This document shows positions 35,451 to 47,400 of a DNA stretch of 64,000 bases, piece after piece. The number at the start of each line of letters is the position of its first letter. The stretch's first letter is position 1. Location of the stretch: positions 59,963-123,962 of IMG/VR virus record IMGVR_UViG_3300028393_000001; one strand, written 5' to 3'. A program made the translations under genes and the position numbers. This stretch comes from a virus. The notes beneath the pieces are model-generated. The model made no database searches and was not told where the DNA came from. It was given only the letters and a program-made list of their open reading frames with translations.

Positions 35451-35647
35451 TTTTTAATAGTATCTTTACAGCATACTAACTCCATCTTACAAACTTTTCC
35501 TGCCTTGACATATTCATTAACACCATATGTTTTTCTACCTGTTTCACAAATTTCTTTAAGTACTAATTCAGTATTAGGCCAAGGCTTATATGAATCAGCA
35601 CTAGATGCTAAACAGATAACCGTAAGTGCTAAAAGAATATATCTCAT
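35447..35647 (-). CDS. small secreted Cys-containing protein
   Basis: Signal peptide, ATGA overlap. Confidence 0.55.
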   Translation of the reverse strand: MRYILLALTVICLASSADSYKPWPNTELVLKEICETGRKTYGVNEYVKAGKVCKMELVCCKDTIKK

Positions 35648-35650
35648 AGA

Positions 35651-36238
35651 TTACTCCTCAAATATTTTCTTTTGTTTACGATACCACTCTTGCCAACCTT
35701 TTACTTGCTCTACTACTTGGTAATAGGTTCCGTAATTTTCGTTAACTGTGGAGATAAAGTCACTTGCTTTAACATCGGAGGTTCCTTGAGCAACTCCTCC
35801 GGTACTTCCGGGAACTTCCTCTTTACTGGCGGCGTTGACGAGCACGACTGCAGCATTAGTAAGCTTGCAATTATTATCCAAGTCTTTAGCAACATTTTGT
35901 GTGATGTATTGCTGATTTGCATTAGTATCCTCCTTGATCTTTATAGTTTTAGTTAATATTTTAGTTACTATTACTGTATTAACTTCACTAGATTTAGCCT
36001 CTGCTTGGGCAACTTTAATTTGTTCTTCTACTATCTTAGCCTGCCAAGATTCCTGATTACTTATACCACCTTCTAAGTAAACTCCAAATACACATAGTAC
36101 TAAAGCTGTAAACTTTAAAGGTAGGTTATAAGCGGCTGGTATAATATTAGTTAAAATAGTTGTAATTAGTATAGTTAATATACTTAGTAGTACAGTTAAG
36201 TGAACTACCCAGTCTGGTAAAAAATTAATTATCCACAT
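35651..36238 (-). CDS. Rz-like inner-membrane spanin
   Basis: N-terminal TM segments, coiled coil, Cys; contains an embedded lipoprotein ORF. Confidence 0.75.
   Translation of the reverse strand: MWIINFLPDWVVHLTVLLSILTILITTILTNIIPAAYNLPLKFTALVLCVFGVYLEGGISNQESWQAKIVEEQIKVAQAEAKSSEVNTVIVTKILTKTIKIKEDTNANQQYITQNVAKDLDNNCKLTNAAVVLVNAASKEEVPGSTGGVAQGTSDVKASDFISTVNENYGTYYQVVEQVKGWQEWYRKQKKIFEE
35713..35895 (-). CDS. Rz1-like outer-membrane lipoprotein spanin (embedded)
   Basis: MLLKTWIIIASLLMLQSC lipobox followed by a Pro-rich mature part, in an alternate frame of the i-spanin. Confidence 0.75.
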   Translation of the reverse strand: MLLKTWIIIASLLMLQSCSSTPPVKRKFPEVPEELLKEPPMLKQVTLSPQLTKITEPITK

Positions 36239-36239
36239 A

Positions 36240-36692
36240 TTAACGTTTTCCAAACACTTTGTATTCAAGTAGGTCAAGGCGGCTGTCCAAATCTGCACGG
36301 GCCAAGGCCGAGTCTTCACGGATTTTTGCTCTGCCCAATGCTGATTCTTCTCTCAGGGCAGCAAAATCTTTTACACGCTCTAAAGTCATTGCTGCTCGGG
36401 CCAGTGCTGCTTCTTCCTTGATCTTTTCCATCTCAATGGTAGTGCCTTGAGGCGGAATGGCCTTGTTCTCAGCACTCACTACCACATTGATTTTGCTTTG
36501 AAGAATAGTAAGGTCGTGGCTGGCACTACTTAAAGCTGTCATTAAGTATACTATACATGAAAACATTATGGGTATACCCGCAAAGGTTATCTTTTCAACT
36601 AATGCACCTTTACTAACAGCTGCAGCTTGTGCATCTCGTAGTTCTTTTACTTCTTTTAGTAGTGTTTCTATATCATGTTCTTGTGTCGACAT
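36240..36692 (-). CDS. single-TM coiled-coil protein
   Basis: TM segment, repeated EExALARA units. Confidence 0.7.
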   Translation of the reverse strand: MSTQEHDIETLLKEVKELRDAQAAAVSKGALVEKITFAGIPIMFSCIVYLMTALSSASHDLTILQSKINVVVSAENKAIPPQGTTIEMEKIKEEAALARAAMTLERVKDFAALREESALGRAKIREDSALARADLDSRLDLLEYKVFGKR

Positions 36693-36693
36693 A

Positions 36694-37308
36694 TTATACT
36701 CCTAATACCTCTAGGGCGTGCTCGTAATGTTTAACGCGATCTTCTAGTCCAATGTAACCACCATTAATACGTTTAGTCATTGCCTTAATATCACCTGAGT
36801 CAGCTAGAGTGTTTAAATCATTTGTTTCCCAGAACCAGCAAGCACTTTGTACGCAACCTTCAAATGTTTGAAGAAACTCTACTATCTCTTCCATGCTAGA
36901 GGATAAACTATCAGCAAACGCTTTATAGTTATCGTGGCCAGTTAACTGAATAAGACCTCTACCGCAGTAAGCATAGCCATCACCAGAATGCTCATCGCCA
37001 TTCCCCATACGACCACCATACACACGATTAGCAATAGCTTCTTGATTATGTGCATATTGTTCCGCCAATTCTTGATTAGGGAAGTACTTGGGAAAAACTT
37101 TCATAAGACTTTCAGCCTTATAGTTTAAATTTTCTTTAATTGCTGTAAAGCTAGCTGACTCGTGTGCGCACTGAGCTAAAAAAGCTGCAACACGTTCTGG
37201 TGAGTCAATTTCATATTCAGGAAGAATAGTATTTAGGCATTCTAGCCAATTATCTAGGTGTTTATTACTAGGTATAATTTGTTCTAGTTGATCTCTAGTT
37301 ATTTGCAT
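36694..37308 (-). CDS. glycoside hydrolase family 19 endolysin
   Basis: AFLAQ..HES, ENLNY, GRGLIQLTG..NY, TKRINGG..GL.DR. Confidence 0.93.
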   Translation of the reverse strand: MQITRDQLEQIIPSNKHLDNWLECLNTILPEYEIDSPERVAAFLAQCAHESASFTAIKENLNYKAESLMKVFPKYFPNQELAEQYAHNQEAIANRVYGGRMGNGDEHSGDGYAYCGRGLIQLTGHDNYKAFADSLSSSMEEIVEFLQTFEGCVQSACWFWETNDLNTLADSGDIKAMTKRINGGYIGLEDRVKHYEHALEVLGV

Positions 37309-37712
37309 TATGCTTTCCTATCATTCATTATTTGATCACGTTTTTGCTCTGCCCAGCTTGCTCCTCCGTCTCCACCCCAAAGATCCCAAGCTACTCTACC
37401 CTTACTAGGAAATCCTTCTTCTCCACTTGAAAATCCTGTGGCCTGCTTATCTACTGCATGACGACTAAAAAAGGAATGCATACGTAGGACTGTGCTCTCA
37501 GTTAAATTTTCTTTATTTTTTAACTGATTAGCACGAGCTAATCCTACAGCTGTGCCTCCGGGATGGCCTTCTTCATGCCACTTTAAAGCACGACGTGCTG
37601 CTGTGGCCATTCCATCTGTTGGAGTGTATGTTTTATCACTTTTAAGTAGATTATCTTGAGCAAAATCTACTAAACTTTGTAAGTCTTCTAATTCTTTTTG
37701 GATATTTCTCAT
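37308..37712 (-). CDS. conserved phage protein
   Basis: GGT.VG.ARA.QL...RM.SFFSRH...AW.LWGGD.G motif. Confidence 0.75.
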   Translation of the reverse strand: MRNIQKELEDLQSLVDFAQDNLLKSDKTYTPTDGMATAARRALKWHEEGHPGGTAVGLARANQLKNKENLTESTVLRMHSFFSRHAVDKQATGFSSGEEGFPSKGRVAWDLWGGDGGASWAEQKRDQIMNDRKA

Positions 37713-37855
37713 TTTTGCTCCTCTTGTTGCTCTGTGGTACCTTGCCTTAGTACCTCAACGGCTTGTCTATCCAAAACTACTTTATCTTTAGTAGCTCTAA
37801 TATTTTCATTTAAGTCCCGTAATTGGGCTAGTAAAGTTTCATAACTATCAGTCAT
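37709..37855 (-). CDS. small coiled-coil protein, 48 aa
   Basis: Overlapping start/stop with both neighbours. Confidence 0.55.
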   Translation of the reverse strand: MTDSYETLLAQLRDLNENIRATKDKVVLDRQAVEVLRQGTTEQQEEQK

Positions 37856-38298
37856 CACATCTCCGACATTCGCATAGAGTCTGGGTCAACTTCTACAGCT
37901 GTTTCTTCACAATCTTCTTCATCAGATTCCCAACTATCGCAAGTTCTTAGGGCTGAGCATGTAATATTCCAACGAGTACAAATAGCAGAAGGCATTCCCT
38001 GAATATCTGCCCACTTAGGCTCTACTGGTAGCTCTGATGGAAGTAAGGTACCTCCTTCACCTGAGGCTATACACTCAAGCATGTAGGGACTATTGTCATA
38101 GTGTCCACAATTCATGCATAATTGTGAACGGGCTACGCCTTCTTCTACACCCCAAAGGGTCATTTTATCTCCCCAGTATAATGTACTAGGTTGACGTGGA
38201 TCTGCAGGGCCCAAATTAGCAAGTTTGATTGCCATTAAATGGTTAGAGAGATTAACCTCTTTGTACTGGGCCTCTATTGGGCAATCTTCATTATGCAT
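37855..38298 (-). CDS. Cys-rich putative metal-binding protein
   Basis: CMNC...C...C.....C....TCDSW; acidic tail. Confidence 0.7.
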   Translation of the reverse strand: MHNEDCPIEAQYKEVNLSNHLMAIKLANLGPADPRQPSTLYWGDKMTLWGVEEGVARSQLCMNCGHYDNSPYMLECIASGEGGTLLPSELPVEPKWADIQGMPSAICTRWNITCSALRTCDSWESDEEDCEETAVEVDPDSMRMSEM

Positions 38299-38437
38299 TT
38301 TTATTTTCCATAAAAAGTTTATAAAATAGTAGGATACTTAACTATGATAAGTACCCTACTAACTCTAAGTTATTAAAGCAATTTATTTAAAAATTGCTAT
38401 TTTTAAAAGTTTGTACTATGGTAGTATGTTTTTAATT

Positions 38438-41400
38438 TTAATCAAAGAAAAAGAAATTAAAGAATTTTCCTGGTGTGCTGATAGCAAATACCCAACCAAG
38501 ATTATTACTTACATTAGTTGAATTATTTCCAGCGTACCATGAACCTGTACCAGAACTTGTAGCGTTAGAATCTCTAATACTTAAATAATCCGTATTAGTT
38601 ATTCCTGTATTTCTAGTTAAAGTAAATTGTGTACCAGGTATTGTACTATTAATTGTAACAAGATTACCAGAAGTTCCGGATGCTGTAAAATTATTAACAG
38701 TTTGTGTTGAACCTGCTTCAAAAGATATTGTACTTGGTTTTGTCGTTGCAGTTATATCTGCAAACGTATTATTTCCTAGAACAGTTAGTGCACCGGACCC
38801 ACCTTGATTCAATGTTGAATAATTTCCCCCACTACCAGTAAATGTCTTTGCCGATGCACTTGACATATTTAATGTTAGACCTGTAATTATAATTGGAGAA
38901 CTGGTAGAAGAAATCCAAGAAGTTAATGGTGATGTGGGAACAGTAAATGAAGTGGTGTATAATGCTGCACCTTTAGTTATGCGGAAATTACTAATATAAC
39001 CACCAAAACCAAGTCTATATGTAGAATCCGCCCAAGCACCTATATTTAAATTACCGCCTTGTTGTCCCATAGTACCAGAACCTGTTTGTGGAGTACCTGG
39101 TACACCATTAAGATATCCTGTAAATATATTTCCTTGTCTAACTAATGCAAAATGATACCAAGTGTTTGGTGTTATAACGGTAGGATAATTTTCAATTGCA
39201 ACCGCAGTTGGACCAATACCATCACCTATAAACCACTGTATTTTTCCTTGATCTGCTCCGCTTCCTTGTATAAATGCACCATATGATTCATTAACAAAGT
39301 TTACTGTTCCATCCTTCCCGAATAAAGCACCATCTGTTGTTATATTATTTTTATTGAACCAACATTCAATTGTCCAATTTGGCGCACCTGTTGCTAAATC
39401 TAGTACACTACTATTTGGACCAGGTATACTTAAATATTGAGTAGTACCATCTAATAAAATACTACCTATACCAGAAAGTGGGGTCAAAGAATTAAACGTA
39501 GCCGAATTATTATTTGTTACAGTTAATGCATTACTACTACTATCAGTTGTAAAATTATCTGCATTTTGTGTACTTAATAATAAACTAGTTGAAGAACTTA
39601 TTACTGAAGTAAACGCAGTACCTGAACCTGTAATATTATAAGTAGAAGAACCTGTCAAACTAGCTGTAGCATTAGGAAAAGTTGTACCAGAAAAATTAGA
39701 ACTAGTTAAAGTAAATGATGAAGTGTTAAATGTTCCAGACATTAATGTAATTGTTCCAGAAACTATCATTGCGTCAGCAAGTGTAATTGTACCAATTGTG
39801 TTGAGTGTTAATCCAGAAATTGTTTTGCCTTGATTAGTAAATGTGCCTGTACCAGAAGCAATAATACTCATTACAGTAAATGTTCCTGTTGATGATAATG
39901 TTAAATTACCTACTATATTCAATGTAGTTGTAGTTATAGCAAAACTTGTTGTACCAAAATTCAAATTATTAAACCAGCTACCTGTTATAAATGTTATAAC
40001 AGAGGAACCAGTTGTTAATGTTAAATTTGGAGCTGATGTAGCAGAACCACCGGCTGTTGCTCCTAATTGAATTGTTCTTGTTACAGATGCATCGGTTTGG
40101 AAGCCTCCTGTACCTGTACATGTAAGTCCGGTTACATTACTCATTTGCAAGGCATATGCTAATCCTGTAGGATAATTTAATATAATATTATTTGAACCAA
40201 ATGAAATTACACGAGTGTTTGCGTTTGATGAAAAGAATTGGCCTATTGTTAAATTACTACCAAGAGTTAATGTACCAGCTGTTAATGAATATCCACCTGT
40301 ATTAGTTGAGGCATAGGCTTTATTAAAAGTAACTGATCCAGCTGTATGATTAAATGATGGTACTGCACCTAGTACAGCTGTACCACTATATGTAAATGTT
40401 CCTGTTGCATTTACAAAGCTAACAGATGGTATTATAGTTCCATTAGAAAAATTAAATGTGCCTGAGTTAGTAAATGTTGTACAAGTAATGGTACCAATGT
40501 TGCTTAATGTACCTGCTGTATATGTTGCTGTGCCTGAACAAGTCAAATTGAAAGTAGCGAAATCAATAGTTCCACTAGTTTGTGTATAGGTAGTACAACT
40601 TAAAGCACTCGCTAATGTAGTAATTGTAGGGTCTCCTACTACATTAATAATAGTAAATGCCGCTATTGTTTTTCCATTAGGAGTAATAGTTCCTGTTCTA
40701 AACATTGTTACCGATAAACCAGTATATGTACTAGTACTAGATAATAATAAACTATTAACGTTTACACTGGTTGTTGGGATAGTAAACGCAGTAGTACCAA
40801 AATTAAGTATTTTAAACCAACTACTAGTAGTCAATGTTTGTATTGCAGTACCAGATCCAGTAAACGTTAAGTTTGGTTCCATTCCACCAGCAGTAGTTAC
40901 CCCAAATTGAAACGTTCTAGTTATATCTGCGGCCGCAGTAAATCCGCCGGTGCTAGTATTGTCCCATGTAAAACCGGTAGTAACCGCCATTGATAAATTT
41001 ACTGCAGTTGCAGTAGTAGTTGCCAACACAATATTGTTTGTGCTAAATGAAATCGCCCTTGTATTTACATTAGATGAGCTGAATATACCTGTTGTTAAAT
41101 TACTGCCTAATGTTAATGTACCGGCTGTTAATGTATAAGTACCGGTGGCGGTTAAGGCATAAGCTTTATTAAAAGTAACTGATCCAGCTGTATGTGTAAA
41201 TGCTGGTACTGCACCTAGTACAGCTGTACCACTATATGTAAATGTTCCTGCTGTTGTATTTACAAAACTAACAGATGGTGTTATAGTTCCACTAGAAAAA
41301 ACAAATGTACCTGAGTTAGTAAATGTTGTACATGTTAAAGTACCAATATTTGATAGTGTACCACCATTGTAAGTTGCTGTGCTAGAACAAGTAAAATTAA

Positions 41401-44400
41401 AACCAGCAAAATCCAATGTGCCCAATGTGACTGCCAATGTTGTGGATGCTCCAGCACTTCCAAGTGTGATTGTAATACCAAGTGTATTAACTATAAATGG
41501 TCCAAGCGATGCACTATTGAATATATACGTACCGCTAACTAACGGATTAATTGTTGTACTAGTATAAACACCACCTGAAGAAAGTGTGAGATTACCAACA
41601 ATGTTTAAGGTTGTTGTTCCTGGATTAAATATTGTTGTTCCAAAATTTAAGTTCTTAAACCAACTGGCTGTTGTTAGTGTCGCAACAAAAGCACCTGTTG
41701 TGAATGTAAGATTTACTGCGGTTGATAGCGACCCACCAGTAGTTCCGTAAGTAAGTGTTCTTGTGTTAGCCATATCAGCCACGGTGAATCCACCGGGCCC
41801 GGTATAGGTAAATCCTGTCACAATAGCCATACTCAATACAGTTGTTGCGGTAGTTGTATGTGTGAGATTGATATTTCCTGCCGACAAGCTACCAAAATTA
41901 ATTGAACGTGTGTTAGCGTTTGATGAAAAGAATATCCCAGTATTCAATGTTACACCATCAGCAAGTGTTAGGGTACCTGCTGTTAATGCATATGTACCAG
42001 TGACGGTTAAACCAAGTGATTGATTTAATGTAACAGTACCAGCAGTGTGTGTGAATGTTGCTACTGAACTTAAAACGGCCGGACTATTATATGTAAATGA
42101 TCCTGTTGTTAATACAAAGCTGGTTGATGGTGTAATTGTTCCGCTAGAGAAAGTAAATGATGGTCCATTAACGGTAAAGGTTGTACAAGTGATTATTCCT
42201 ATATTACTTAAAGTACCTCCAGCGTATGTTACGGTACCAGTATCAGTTAAAGTAAATGTGGCAAAATTCATTGTACCCAAAGTTTGAGTATATGAAGTAC
42301 ATCCAAAAGCACCTGCTAGTGTGATAGTACCTGACGTATTAACAGTAAAAGCACCTATTGTTTTACCATTAGGTGTAATAGTACCAGTACCAACAGCATT
42401 AATAGCAAGAGCAGTGAATATACCAGCACCAGAAGATAATGTTAAGTTACCTGCTATATTTAATGTTGATGCGGCCGCAGTAAAAGCAGTAGAACCAAAA
42501 TCTAAATTTTTATACCAATTATTATTTGATATTGTAACAACTGCCGTACCAGAACCAGTCAATGATAAGTTAGGAGCATTTGTTAATGAACCGCCTGTTA
42601 GACCGGCTGTAACTGTTCTAGTAATAGATGCATCGGTTTGAAAACTACCAGTTCCTGTCCAAGTAAAATTAGTAAGTGTTGCTATATTCAATACAGTTAT
42701 AGCAGCAGTAGTGTGCGCCAATACAATATTACCTATACCAAACTGAATTGCTCTTGTATTTGAGTTACTAGAGCTGAATATACCAGTTGTTAATGTAAAT
42801 CCATTAAGGTTTAATGTTCCAGTAGTTAATGTAGTTGTAGCTGTGATTAAAATAGGAAATGCTGTTTGTAATGTAATTGTTCCTACAGTATTAATAGTTA
42901 ATCCACCTAAACCAGTAGATGTTGTTAGAGCAGCACCATTAATATTAAGATTACCTGTGCCTGTCATTGTTACACTCAATAAAGTGTAACTACCAGTGCC
43001 TGATAATATTAAACTACCAGAACAAGTTATACCTGTTGATGGTACAGCAAATGTTGTAGTACCAAAATTTAAGTTATTAAAAAAGCTTGAATTTATTGTA
43101 GCAACAGAGGCACCTGTTGTAAAAGTAAGATTTGGATTGACTGTCGTTACCGCCTGAACAAAACTACGAGTAACACTCATGTCCGCAACAGTAAAGCCGC
43201 CTAGACCTGGGCAAGTAATATTAGTTCCTTGAATATTCAAAACTGTTGTTGCAGCTGTTGTATGCGTAAGGTTTATATTTCCTGCAGTTGTTGTGCCAAA
43301 CGTAATCGAACGGACACTGTTACTATTTGAACTAAAAATACCTGTTGTCAATGTTACACTATCAGCAAGTATTAGGGTACCAGCTGTTAATGTATAAGTG
43401 CCAGTAGCGGTTAAGGCATAAGCTTTATTAAAAGTAACTGATCCTGCTGTATGTGTGAATAGTGTTACTGCACTTAATACAGCTGTATTGCTGTAAGTAA
43501 ATGAACCACTAGTTAATACAAAGCTGGTTGATGGTGTTATAGTTCCACTAGAAAAAACAAACGCTGGTCCATTAACTGTAAATGTTGTACATGTTAAAGT
43601 TCCAATATTTGATAGTGTACCACCAGTGTATGATACGGTACCAGTATCAGTTAAATTAAAACCAGCAAAATTAATTGTACCCGATGTTTGTACATATGAA
43701 GTACAACCAAAAGCGCCGGCTAGTGTTACAGTACCCAACGTATTAACGGTAAATGCGGCTACTGTTTTACCATTAGGTGTAATAGTACCTGTGCCAGCCA
43801 TTGTAAATCCCTGAGAAATGTATGTACTACCAGCTGCTAGGGTTAAATTACCTGTTATATTTATAGATGAACCACTAAGTGCACCAGTATTTCCAGTAAA
43901 ATCTAAATTATTAAACCAACAACCAGGACCAAATTGCGGAGGACTAGCAGCTCCACCTGTAATAAAAAGATTAGGTGCAGATGTTATAGAACCACCAGCA
44001 GTTATTCCAGAATCAAATGATCTTATAGTACTCATTATTGTACTAAATCCACCAGTACCTGTTGGTGTAAAGTTAGTAAGGTCTGTTATATTTAACACGG
44101 TATTACTAGCGGCAGTAGTTGCAAGAAAAATATAATAAGTATTAAATGCAATTGATCGAATATTTGTAGTAGGAGAATAAATAATACCTGTTGTTAAATT
44201 GGCACCCAATGTTATTGATCCTGCACTTAGAGTATACTGACCAGTAGCAGTTAATGAATATGCTTTATTAAAAGTAACTGATCCAGCGGTATGTGTAAAT
44301 AGTGGTACTGCACTTAGTACAGCAGTACCACTATATGTAAATGAACCTGATGTTAATACAAAACTGGTTGAAGGTGTTATAGTTCCACTAGAAAAAACAA

Positions 44401-47400
44401 ATGTAGCTCCGTTAACAGTAAATGTTGTACATGTTAAAGTACCAATATTTGATAGTGTACCACCAGTAAATGTTACCGTACCAGTATCAGTTAAATTAAA
44501 ACCAGCAAAATTCATTGTACCCAAAGTTTGAGTATATGAAGTACATCCAAAAGCACCTGCTAGTGTGATAGTACCTGACGTATTAACAGTAAAAGCACCT
44601 ATTGTTTTACCATTAGGTGTAATAGTACCTGTGCCATTCATTATTATTCCAAGAGCGGTATAAGTACCTCCAGTTGCTAAAGTAAGATCTCCGTATACAC
44701 TTACTACTGTACTGGCTGGAATTGATGTGCTTCCACTAAAATTTAAATTGTTAAATAAACTATTTATTGATAGTGTGGGTATACTTACTCCACTATAAAT
44801 TGATAAATTAACTGGTGTACCCGATACTGTATTAGTAAATGTAGGTGCTGAACTAACAAATACACTTGCTCCTGTATTAGTAATAGTAAAATTATTAATG
44901 CTACTATCTGACGACCCACTACCAAAAGATGTATTTAATAATAATGATGTTTGGGAACCTGTAATAGCACCAGTATTAACCCCACCAAATGGGTTTGCTG
45001 TTTGAGTAGAAGTAAAAAGTCCAGTTGGAGTAGTAAAATTACCTGTATATACTGCTACCCCTGTTACTAATCTTATATTAGAAATATAACCAGCAAAATA
45101 ATCTAAAAATCCAGGATATTGGAAAGATCCGATAATAGTTTTTCTAGCAGTGACTGTTTTTGTAATAGTTGCCGAGTTATCCAATACACCATTAACAAAT
45201 AGTTTAACAAGTCCTGACTGTCTTGTCACTGCCACATGATACCATGTACCCAGAGAGATAGCTATACTACCCTCAACATATGCCTGACTTGAACTATCTC
45301 TTAGTTGAAATCCGATGGTGCCTCCTGAACGTGTAAATAGTTCCCAATATGAGGTGCCGCTGGACTCAGCATTAGTTAACAATGTCCCATCTGTTGCTGA
45401 TGTTTTATAAAACCAACACTCAGCAGTAAAATCACCAGTACCCCAAGAACTTGCCCCAACTGGTGCTGTTAAATATTGACTAGTACCATCTAACAACACA
45501 CTGCCAGGAGTAGCATTAGCTGATCCAGAAGTAAATGTGCGATCCACACTCATTGCGGAAACAAATCCACCTGTTCCTGTAACAGTTAATCCTGAAGAAT
45601 ATGCCATATCCAATACATTTATAGATGTAGTAGTATGTGCAAGTATAATATTACCTGTACCAAATGCAATAGTTCTAAAAAGAGTATTATTTGAGCTAAA
45701 AATTCCTGTTGTTAGGGTAAATCCTGCAAGATTTAGTGTTCCAGTTGTTAATGTTACTGTAGAGTTAACAGCTACTGTTAATGGAGCAGCTAAAGTAACT
45801 GTACCTGTAGTACAATTAATTGTAAATGATGGTAAAGTTGAATTACCAGCACTATTAATAGTTCCTGTACCAATAAAAGTTACTGTTAAATTTGTAAAAT
45901 TTCCACCAGAAGACAGAAGTAAACTATTAAGTTTTAAATTTGTTGTAGGTACAGTAACTGCTCCCGTACCACTTAAATCTAGTATATTAAATAAAGAGCT
46001 TGTTACTAATGCAGGAACAGAACTGCCAGTTAATCTAAGAGATGGTGCATTAGATGTTGAACCACCAGAAACACTACCAAAATTAAATCCTCTGGTAATA
46101 GTCATATTTGAATAAAATCCACCAGTACCTGATGCAGTAAAAGTAAAATTATTAGCCTGGTTCATAACTAATACAGTTGTTCCTGCATTTGGAGATGTTA
46201 ATTCTATAGTATATGAACCAAATTGTATTGAACGTATATTAGTATTATTAGAAGAAAAAATCCCAGTACTTACATTTGCTCCTAATTGAAGCACACCTGT
46301 TACTAAAGTAAATTGTGATGTTGCGGATAAATTACCACTTTGCCAGTAAACTGTTGTATTTGATGAGTTTACTATAATATCTGGTTGAAATGTGCCACCA
46401 ATTAATAATGTTTGAGTAACAGCGTTTCCTAAAAAAATTACTCCTATAGCGCTGCCTGATACTGTGGAATTTACGCCTGTTTTAATATCTCCGTAGACAT
46501 TGAAATTATTTAAAATATTTAACGTCATTGATAAATTTCTTGACGACATGTCTAATGTACCAATGGAATAGTTACCATTAATAGTGATTGTATTTCCCGT
46601 AGTAAGGCCTGTATTATCTACAATACATACATCTTGGGGTAATGGAAAATTATTAACACTTGGTGTTCCACCAGATGATTCTGCCCAAGCAATTGCATTC
46701 CAGGTACCTCCAGCTGTAAGACTCCAATAGAGTGTTCTTGCAACAAAAGTTATATTTGTATTATTACCTAAGTTACCAAGTCTTGTTCCTGTAAAAGGAG
46801 AAGCCGTACCAGTAGCATTTATATCTTTAAAATCAATATCAGTTAAAGACAATGTAGCAGCTGACAATGTAATTTGAGTACCAGTTGTACTAGATTGTAA
46901 TAATAAACGACCAGACGATAATGTACTTGTATTGCTTAATATGCCATTAATTGTTTGAGTTCCAGTGATTGATACTGTAACAGTTCCTGTTGTTGTTGGA
47001 TTGGTGAAATTTAAATTATTATATGTGTTTGTTCCAGTAATAGTTGTTATACTATCTGGTGATTGTGCTGGAGTAAATGATACATTATAAAATGTTTTAT
47101 TACTACTACCATTGTTTATTATAGTTGACGAAGAAACTCCACTTAAATTAATTTGTGAAGTTCCTGCATTAAATGTAGTATTTTCATAAGTTTGAAAATA
47201 ACCACTTAGATTAATTGTAGAAGAACCTAAATTAAATATAGTAGGAAAACCAAGTGAAGTAGCAATATTAGTACATGTAATATTATAATTATTTGTATTA
47301 AATGTTCCCCTAAAACAAAATATATTTGTACATGAAAGTGCTGAACCTAAATTATAAGTAACATTACTACCATTACCAATATAAATACTACCAGGAATTG

